Positions 33,443-40,202 of a stretch of DNA of 40,202 bases are shown one piece after another (within the stretch, counting starts at the first letter, position 1; each line of letters opens with the position of its first letter). The position numbers were made by a program, and so were the translations under genes. A model generated the notes under the pieces. It had not been told where the DNA came from and did not search any database. It saw nothing but the letters and a program-made list of their open reading frames with translations. The stretch lies in the IMG/VR virus record IMGVR_UViG_3300013121_000035, positions 1 to 40,202 of that record, one strand, 5' to 3'. Source of the stretch: a virus. Taxonomy: Duplodnaviria > Heunggongvirae > Uroviricota > Caudoviricetes.

Positions 33443-34852
33443 ATCGCAATCAAGGCGGGCCAGCTCATCCACACGAGCGGCCAGGTCGTGATCGACCGTA
33501 TCCAGACGGGCGGTCCCGGCCAACTCAACATCCCAACGGAGAAAGTGTACGAACTAGGCAACTACAACTCGGTTGCCACCATCCGCGACATCCCCGACCT
33601 GACCTTCACGCTGGAGAGCTTCGACGTCTCCACCGAGATCGAACAGCTCATGGTCGGCGGGTCCAGCCCCTTCAACATGAGCCGGATGCGCGTCCGTGAC
33701 TTCGCCAGCCACTTCAAGGCTGGCCAGACCGCATCCGACCCGTTCGACGTCATCGCCTCGGTCGCGTTGCCCCAGCTCAACCCCGAGAGCGTGTCCTACC
33801 GCTTCGGCCTGCGCGACAACGCCCGTCAGACCTTCACCCTGCGGGGCGACTCGATCTACTACAACCCGGGCACCACCTGGATCGAGGAGCACAACGACGG
33901 CGTCGACCAGGGCGACACCATCACCTTCGCCTACGGCCCGGCGCTGGCCTACAACGGCGAAGGCACCACCCGCTACGCCCTCAACGTCTCCGTCGACGGG
34001 CTGCGGCTGTACCCAGGCTCGGACTACACCGAAGACGCCGACGGCGTCACGTTCCTCGCTGCGGTCACCGCCGGGTCGGTCATCCGCATCGTCTACAGCT
34101 CCGCGGCGCCGACCCGGTTCCCCGGCGAATCCGACGCGGTCATCAGCGCGTGGGTCGACAGCGGTGAGTACACCGCTGGGCAGCTCGTGCGCCCAACCGG
34201 CGACAACGCCCACTACTACCGGGTCGTCACCGGCGGCACCGCCACCTCCACCGAGCCGACCTGGCCCACCGACGCTGGTGACACCGTCACCCAGGACGGC
34301 GTGGTCTACCGCGAGGCCGGCGCGTACCCGATCCTCACCGTCCACGAAGGCGCCACCGTCAAGCCCGCCGCGATCCGCGGGCGCGACATCGACATCTACG
34401 TCGGTGGGACCGCGGCCTCCAACCGCTGGGGCAGCGTCCAGTCCGCCAACGTCGACTACCGTGCGACGCTTGACCGGGATGAGGAGTTCGGGAACTATCA
34501 CGCGGTCAGCCAGGACTACGACGTCCCGGAGGTCTCGGGTTCCGTGGAGATCCGGCCGCGCAACCCCGCCGAGCTGTTCACCCGCGTGCGCCAGGCAACC
34601 GGCGTCACAGCCACCGACGAAGCGCTCGGCCCCTACAGCTCCCAGCCGCTGCCGCTGTGGATCGTGCTCAAGCGCCCCACCGCCGACGCAGGCGGCGCGC
34701 TCGGCAGCCCAATCAAGACGCTGTACGTCCCCGACGCGCGGTTCACGGTGCCGGGCTACAGCGGCCAGGTGCAGCAGAAGTTGAACGTGACCATCAACTT
34801 CGAGTCCGACGGCGGCCAGCTGCTCATCTACGAGGGTGGCCCGCCAGCCTGA
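33443..34852 (+). CDS. major tail tube protein, probable ATC start
   Basis: AGGAGG at 33429-33434, 8 nt, then ATC GCA ATC AAG GCG GGC; IDRIQT, VYELGN, DIPDLTFTLESFDVS; strong codon bias; 469 aa. Confidence 0.75.
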   Translation: MAIKAGQLIHTSGQVVIDRIQTGGPGQLNIPTEKVYELGNYNSVATIRDIPDLTFTLESFDVSTEIEQLMVGGSSPFNMSRMRVRDFASHFKAGQTASDPFDVIASVALPQLNPESVSYRFGLRDNARQTFTLRGDSIYYNPGTTWIEEHNDGVDQGDTITFAYGPALAYNGEGTTRYALNVSVDGLRLYPGSDYTEDADGVTFLAAVTAGSVIRIVYSSAAPTRFPGESDAVISAWVDSGEYTAGQLVRPTGDNAHYYRVVTGGTATSTEPTWPTDAGDTVTQDGVVYREAGAYPILTVHEGATVKPAAIRGRDIDIYVGGTAASNRWGSVQSANVDYRATLDRDEEFGNYHAVSQDYDVPEVSGSVEIRPRNPAELFTRVRQATGVTATDEALGPYSSQPLPLWIVLKRPTADAGGALGSPIKTLYVPDARFTVPGYSGQVQQKLNVTINFESDGGQLLIYEGGPPA

Positions 34853-34860
34853 GCATTGCC

Positions 34861-34898
34861 GACGGCGCGTCGGAGGCTGGTCACCCCGACGCGCCGTC
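34861..34898 (+). terminator. hairpin after tail tube gene
   Basis: GACGGCGCGTCGG / CCGACGCGCCGTC 13-bp stem; second small hairpin at 34917-34934. Confidence 0.65.
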
Positions 34899-34985
34899 AC
34901 CCCGTGGAAATGGACGACCCGCACTCGTGCGGGTTGGTCGTGCGCGCGCACACCAGGAACAGGCACAGGACCAGGAGGCCCATCC

Positions 34986-35897
34986 GTGAAGGACCGCTAC
35001 AAGCGGGTCACCGATCTGTTCGTCGAGGGCACCGAAGTGGTCCTCGACGACAGCCCCGAGGACCCGCTGATCATCTGGGTGCAAAAGCCCAACCCGTTCG
35101 AGCGTGAAGAAGCCCGCCGCGACGCCCAAGTCGCCGGCGCCAGGTTCACGCTCACGCTACAAGACGACAGTAGCGATGAGATTGCCGTCTTCCGTGCCGG
35201 GTTGGTCCGGCTGGATCGCCAAGACCTGGTCGATGCCATCGTCGATCTGAAATTTTCCGAGGACCTCGTCCTGGCCCAAAACGAGCTGCGCGATGACAAG
35301 GACTGGACTGAGAAGCTTGCCATCGTTGACCGTTCCGGCGGGCAGCTCGAAGGCCGCGGACAAGACGATCCAGAAGTCCTCAAGGTCGCTGAGATCAACC
35401 GCGAGTACTTGACTGAGACCAACGATCGTGTCGACGCCCGCCGCGCTGCCCGCCGTGACGAACTGGAGCGATTCACCGAACTCGAACTGCGCGACGAATA
35501 CGAGCGTGCCTACATCGAAGCGCTCGCGACCGCGAACAGCCTGCGCGAATTCCGCACGACCGAGATCTTCTTCGCTGCCCGTGTGTGCTCAGCGGTCCCA
35601 AACGACGATGCCACCGCCGGGTGGGACCACTCAGGCTGCGCCGGCCACCGAGCCCGCATCTTCGACGACCGTCAAGAAGTCCGAGAGATCGACGACGAAC
35701 TTCACCAGCGGATCTCCGCGGCAATCAGCAGGGTCACGATGAGCCCACGAGAAGCAAAAAACTCGGCCAGGCGGGGGAGTTCATCCGAGTCGTCTCCACC
35801 GCCAAGCGAACCGGGGGAATCGACAGCCTCTACCCCAGAGGAGACATCCAACGAGCCGGCTGGGACCTCTGCACCGCCATCAGCCATTGCCTCATGA
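34986..35897 (+). CDS. tail assembly chaperone (gpG-like)
   Basis: RBS AGGAGG, GTG; 303 aa; between tail tube and tape measure; slippery site present. Confidence 0.7.
   Translation: MKDRYKRVTDLFVEGTEVVLDDSPEDPLIIWVQKPNPFEREEARRDAQVAGARFTLTLQDDSSDEIAVFRAGLVRLDRQDLVDAIVDLKFSEDLVLAQNELRDDKDWTEKLAIVDRSGGQLEGRGQDDPEVLKVAEINREYLTETNDRVDARRAARRDELERFTELELRDEYERAYIEALATANSLREFRTTEIFFAARVCSAVPNDDATAGWDHSGCAGHRARIFDDRQEVREIDDELHQRISAAISRVTMSPREAKNSARRGSSSESSPPPSEPGESTASTPEETSNEPAGTSAPPSAIAS
35756..35762 (+). other. -1 ribosomal frameshift heptamer A AAA AAC
   Basis: In-frame GCA AAA AAC; -1 frame open to 36079. Confidence 0.75.
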
Positions 35898-36079
35898 TCC
35901 TCGGCTTCTTCGAGCTGCCCAAAGATGAGCAACCACCCGATGAAATCTGGCTCAACGACGAAGAAATCGCCGCCCACTTCGAGCGCATTGATGAGGCCCG
36001 TGACGCACGCGTTCAGGGCATGGAACCCATCGACGAGACCCCACTGGTCCAAAACGAACTGACACGCACACTGCGGTGA
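35762..36079 (+). CDS. frameshift extension of tail chaperone (gpGT-like)
   Basis: -1 frame LGQAGEFIRVVSTAKRTGG...PKDEQPPDEIW...RTLR*; fusion would be 364 aa. Confidence 0.65.
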   Translation, partial: LGQAGEFIRVVSTAKRTGGIDSLYPRGDIQRAGWDLCTAISHCLMILGFFELPKDEQPPDEIWLNDEEIAAHFERIDEARDARVQGMEPIDETPLVQNELTRTLR

Positions 36080-36083
36080 GCTC

Positions 36084-39000
36084 ATGCCAGAAGCGGAACA
36101 GAGCGCATTTCTAGGATTCGGCACCAACCTCCAAGAGGTTGTCGCTGAAGTTCGCCGGCTCCTCGGCGAACTGCCAGGTGTCCTCTCCCACGCCGGACAA
36201 GAGCTGTCCAACGCCGACATCGGCGACCCGGCCCGCCTGTACCGCCGCTTCCAGCAACTCGGCGAGTCCGCCAGCGAGGGCCTGGTCGACGGTACCCGTC
36301 AGGGTGTTGTCGAGGCTTCCCGAAACCTCAACCGCCTCGAAGCTGAGGCTCGGGAAGCCGCAGCGCGCATCAACCAGCAGGTACGCGCCGCGGCCCAAGC
36401 CGGCCGGGTCCCTCCAGGCGCGAGGCGCGGTCAGACCCGCGACGTCGCCTTGGTCGAAGCGACCGGCGCGCTCAGCGGCACTGGCCCTCAAGGTGCTCGT
36501 GCCGCGACGACCTGGATCGAGGCGAGCACTGCCCGCACCCGCCGATGGGGCGGCGAGCTGGCCACCATCCAGCGCTACCTGGACGCCATCAACACCGTCG
36601 GCGTCGACAACCTCAACAACGGCCTGTCGATCGCCTCCCGCGAGCTCGGCGAACTCATCCGCCGAGCCCGTCAGCTCGACCTCGGCGGCGAAGCCGAAGC
36701 GCAGCTCGCTGGGCTCATCCGCGGCCTGGAGCGCATGGAGCGCACGCTCGGCGGCGCTACCACCGCCGGCAACGCTCGCTTCGAGCGCCTCCAAGCCGAG
36801 ATCTTCCAGACCGACCGGGCACTTCGCCAAGCCACCGAAGACGCCCAACGGCTGGAACGCACGTTGGAGCGGCGCACCAACACCCGCGGTCGGGAGTACT
36901 TCGTCGGCGCGCAAGGCGAAGGCCAGATCAGCGCCGAGGAAGCCCGCCGTCGCCAAGGCGACATCCAAGCGGCACAGGGCCGCGTCACCGAGCTGAGCGC
37001 CCGCCGCGAAGCACTCGCCGTCACCAAGGAACACCTCGCCGCCGACCAGCAGCTCACCGAGCAGGGCGAGAAGCGTGCCCGCACGACCGAGTACGGCAGT
37101 AAGCGCGAGCAGGACGCGACCAGGGCCAGCCAGCGTGACCAGTCCACCATCCTCCGTGGCGAACAAGCCCGCCAAACTGTCACGCAAAAGGGCGAATCCG
37201 CGCTCACCCAGATCCGCACGCGTGGTGAGGAGCAACGCTCCAACATCACCGCACGTGGTGAGCAGACCCGCGAGAACATCACCACTCGTGGCGCGGACAC
37301 CCGGCGCACCAACGAACAGCGTCACGGGCAGCGTCTGGAGCAGGACGCTCAGCACACCGAAAACGCCATCACCAGGACAGCCCAAACCGAAGGTGAGCGT
37401 CGCCAGACCATCCGCGAGCGGATGTTCGGCCGCATGGCGGTCATGGAGCGTCAAGACCAGCTCATCCGCAACCGTCGCGCTGACGATGATGCTCGCCGGG
37501 AGGAGCGCCGCCAGCAGCGTGACGCCGAACGCGCCGAACCAGGCGGCGCCGGCGGGACGCTGCTCCAGCGCCTGCGGCGCGGGCAGTTCCAAGCCGGACC
37601 CGGTGCGTTCGCCGGCTTCGGCCGCGACGTCCTTGCCATCGCCGGCGGCGCCAGCATCTACGACCTGCTCAACAACCTCCAACAGGTCATGGCGCTCGGC
37701 GCCAAGACCGTCTACGACTACGTCACCGCACTCAACGACTTCCAGATCGCCCTCCAAGGCACAGGTCAAGACGCCGGCGGTCTTGTCACCGACCTCGGCC
37801 GCCTTGCCGCTGCCGCCGGTCAGGCGCCCGCCGAAGGGCTCGACGCCGCCGCCCGCGGTGTGCGGCTGTACAGCGAGCAGATCCAGCGTGGTGTCGTCAG
37901 CGCGCGCGACGCCGCCAAGATCTCCGCCGACATCGCCCTGCAAGGCCAGGTCCTCACCGGCGAAGACTTCGACTCGGTCCAGCGCGATCTGGTCGCCGTC
38001 ACCCAAGCATTCAACCTGTCGTTGGGCGACCAGGCCCGCGTCCTGGACGCTGCCACCGTCGCCCACCAAGAGTTCGCTGTCAGCCAAAAAGACGTCCTGG
38101 ACGGCATGGCCGAACTCGCCGGTGAAGCCCAAGGCTCCGGCTACAGCCTGGAGGAACTGGCCGCCACCGTCGGCCACCTCGCCCAAATCACCGGCCAGTC
38201 CGGCACCCAGGTTGCTGAGGAATTCAAGCGCATCATCGCCGGGCTCGGCTCCACCCAGGCCCGCACCGCGCTGCGGCAGTTCGGCGTCGACACCACCCAG
38301 ACAGTCGAGGCGCAGATCCAGCAACTACGCCGCGTCTACCCGCAGCTCGCGCAAAGCCAGCAGCGCGAGCTGATCAACATCGTCGGCCAACGCCGATCCG
38401 GCGTCATCGCCCAGGCGCTGCTGACCGGCGGTGACGACATCGGCGGCGCCACCACTCAGATGTTCCGCCAGGTCGGCCGTGGCGCTGAGGAGTTCAACCG
38501 GCGCATGAACAGCTGGTCGGGCACCATCCGCAAGATCGGCGCCGATCTGCAGCTGCTGGCCACCAACGTCGCCAACTCCGGCCTGCTGGACCTGTTCGGC
38601 TCGTTGATCCGCATCACCGAACCCCTCTTGTCCGCGCTCAACCGGATGCTCGAAGCGTGGAACCAGCTACCCCGTCCGTTGCGCTCCGTCGCCGTCCAAC
38701 TTGCCGAGATCTACGGCCTGCTGCGCCTGCTGCGCGCCTTCACCGGCTGGGACATCGCCAAGGTCCTTGGCGGCCGCCTCGTCGCCCCGCTGTTCGGTGC
38801 GCAAGCTGGCATGGCCGCCGCAGGTTGGCTGTCGCGGCCCAGCAACCTCGGCGGCCGACTGGGCGCCATCCCGGCTGAGATCACTGGCGCTGGCCGGCTC
38901 GGCACGTTCCTGGCCGGCGCCGGTGCCGGCACGGTCCGCGGCGCGGCAGGGCAACGGCTCCTGCGTCTGGCCGGCACTGACCTGCGCGAATCAATGCTCA

Positions 39001-40202
39001 CCCCGCAGGGCATGGCTGCCGGCGCCCGTCGACTGTTCGGCGAAGCCGCTTCGTTCGCTGCGCTGGAGCGGCTCATGGGTCGCGGGGCCACCGCAGGCGT
39101 CGCCGCGCAAGCGCTCGGCGCTCTCGACGCGCGCACGCTGGAACGCGCGGTCGACGTTGCCACTGAACGCGGCGTCGGAAGGGCCTTCCAGCGCTACCTC
39201 GGCCGGGCGCTCGCCGCCGAGAGCGTTGGCGGGGTCGCCAACGCTCTCACCGGCAGCCTGTTCACTCGGCTCCTTGGCACCAGCCGTGGCGGCAATGCCG
39301 GCATGTGGGCTTCCGACGCACTCATGGCCATGTCGTTCCTGCCCACCCGAGGTCTGGGCGCACGGCTCGGTACTGCGACCCGCCGCGCCCAAGGCGTCCG
39401 CGCCGTCGGAGCCTGGGACGAAGCCCTCGCCGGCGTCAACGCCTCCATCGCCGCCGGCGACACCGCCGCCGCAATGGCCCGCCTGCGTGGCATGGGCGGC
39501 GCCCTGCAGGCAGGGACCGAAACAACTGCCATGACCCGCTTGGCACGTGTCGGTGGCTGGACCGGGCTGACCGGCGGTGGAGGCTTGCGAGGGCTGCTGG
39601 CCGGCACGGGGCTGCGCACCGCTGGCAGCGCCATCCTCTCCGGCCTCGGTGTCGGTGGCGCTGGCACGCTCGCCTCAACGGGCGTTGGCGCGATCGCCGT
39701 CGCAGGGGTCGCCGCCACCGTCGCCGCGTTCGTCGCCCTGCGCCACGCCACCAAGGAGCTGGAGGACGCCGAACGCAATGCCGCGCTCGCCTACGGCACC
39801 AGCGTTCCCACCAACCTCGCTGAAGCAGAACGCCAGGCCGAAGCGCTCCGCCGCGCCGCCCAGCAGACCGCGCAGGCGTCCAGCGGCATCATCGGCGGCA
39901 TCGCTGAAGGTGGCCGCGGGCTCGCCGAGGCACTCCACAAGGCCGGTGACTGGTTCACCCACGCGTTCGGCTGGTTCCAGGAGACCTGGACCGAAGGCAT
40001 CAGAGCCCTCAGCACCATCATCGGACGTCATCTGCCTGGCCCAATCCGCGACCAGATGAACAGCCAGCAGGGACGCTACCTTGCGGCCATCCCCTTCGGG
40101 CCAGCCGGCGCACTGTGGGCGTGGGGGCGCAACCGGGCAGACCAGCGGCAACAAGAACTCGAAGGCGCCGCCAGGGCCGCCGAGGACCACGCAAAGGCCC
40201 TG
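36084..40202 (+). CDS. tape measure protein (3-prime truncated by window)
   Basis: ATG 36084; Ala/Gly/Arg-rich helical reading frame, consistent at both ends checked, at least 1373 codons; absent from ORF track, consistent with no stop in window. Confidence 0.88.
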   Translation, partial: MPEAEQSAFLGFGTNLQEVVAEVRRLLGELPGVLSHAGQELSNADIGDPARLYRRFQQLGESASEGLVDGTRQGVVEASRNLNRLEAEAREAAARINQQVRAAAQAGRVPPGARRGQTRDVALVEATGALSGTGPQGARAATTWIEASTARTRRWGGELATIQRYLDAINTVGVDNLNNGLSIASRELGELIRRARQLDLGGEAEAQLAGLIRGLERMERTLGGATTAGNARFERLQAEIFQTDRALRQATEDAQRLERTLERRTNTRGREYFVGAQGEGQISAEEARRRQGDIQAAQGRVTELSARREALAVTKEHLAADQQLTEQGEKRARTTEYGSKREQDATRASQRDQSTILRGEQARQTVTQKGESALTQIRTRGEEQRSNITARGEQTRENITTRGADTRRTNEQRHGQRLEQDAQHTENAITRTAQTEGERRQTIRERMFGRMAVMERQDQLIRNRRADDDARREERRQQRDAERAEPGGAGGTLLQRLRRGQFQAGPGAFAGFGRDVLAIAGGASIYDLLNNLQQVMALGAKTVYDYVTALNDFQIALQGTGQDAGGLVTDLGRLAAAAGQAPAEGLDAAARGVRLYSEQIQRGVVSARDAAKISADIALQGQVLTGEDFDSVQRDLVAVTQAFNLSLGDQARVLDAATVAHQEFAVSQKDVLDGMAELAGEAQGSGYSLEELAATVGHLAQITGQSGTQVAEEFKRIIAGLGSTQARTALRQFGVDTTQTVEAQIQQLRRVYPQLAQSQQRELINIVGQRRSGVIAQALLTGGDDIGGATTQMFRQVGRGAEEFNRRMNSWSGTIRKIGADLQLLATNVANSGLLDLFGSLIRITEPLLSALNRMLEAWNQLPRPLRSVAVQLAEIYGLLRLLRAFTGWDIAKVLGGRLVAPLFGAQAGMAAAGWLSRPSNLGGRLGAIPAEITGAGRLGTFLAGAGAGTVRGAAGQRLLRLAGTDLRESMLTPQGMAAGARRLFGEAASFAALERLMGRGATAGVAAQALGALDARTLERAVDVATERGVGRAFQRYLGRALAAESVGGVANALTGSLFTRLLGTSRGGNAGMWASDALMAMSFLPTRGLGARLGTATRRAQGVRAVGAWDEALAGVNASIAAGDTAAAMARLRGMGGALQAGTETTAMTRLARVGGWTGLTGGGGLRGLLAGTGLRTAGSAILSGLGVGGAGTLASTGVGAIAVAGVAATVAAFVALRHATKELEDAERNAALAYGTSVPTNLAEAERQAEALRRAAQQTAQASSGIIGGIAEGGRGLAEALHKAGDWFTHAFGWFQETWTEGIRALSTIIGRHLPGPIRDQMNSQQGRYLAAIPFGPAGALWAWGRNRADQRQQELEGAARAAEDHAKAL

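Noticed and set aside
32536-34852. Contractile tail sheath gene
   Set aside because: No sheath-sized gene before the tube; layout is siphovirus-like
36111-38324. 737-aa minus-strand ORF and many short ORFs in 36-40 kb
   Set aside because: Shadows of the tape measure gene
1-40202. tRNA, rRNA, integrase/att site, c-di-GMP riboswitch, BldD box
   Set aside because: None recognised by eye; not an exhaustive search, so tRNAscan, Infernal and motif scans could overturn this

Overview
A very GC-rich, actinobacteriophage-like segment with no host housekeeping genes, integrase, tRNA or CRISPR array visible. Right part (about 9.7-40.2 kb) is a siphovirus-type morphogenesis region: terminase large subunit with a LAGLIDADG intein, portal, endolysin, NlpC/P60-type peptidase, two fibre/decoration cassettes, prohead protease, scaffold, major capsid, head-tail genes, tail tube (no sheath seen), tail chaperone with a -1 slippery site, and a tape measure gene running off the window end. 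Left part (0.1-9.5 kb) holds small accessory genes. The standout is a set of host lifestyle regulators: a three-gene membrane c-di-GMP cassette (TM-EAL phosphodiesterase, stand-alone ethylene-receptor-like 3-TM protein, TM-GGDEF cyclase), a BldC homologue, a LexA DNA-binding domain without protease, and a 47-aa CsrA missed by the ORF track. Six intergenic transcription-unit starts carry YTSR-N12-GCCGA (two more are near matches), whose -10-like box resembles sigma28/FliA/WhiG promoters, a sigma class gated by c-di-GMP via RsiG in Streptomyces. Inference: the phage may tune c-di-GMP to time its own sigma28-dependent genes and host development. Other oddities: intein with Gln at +1, apparent ATC and CTG start codons. 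All family calls are motif recognition by eye, not database searches.
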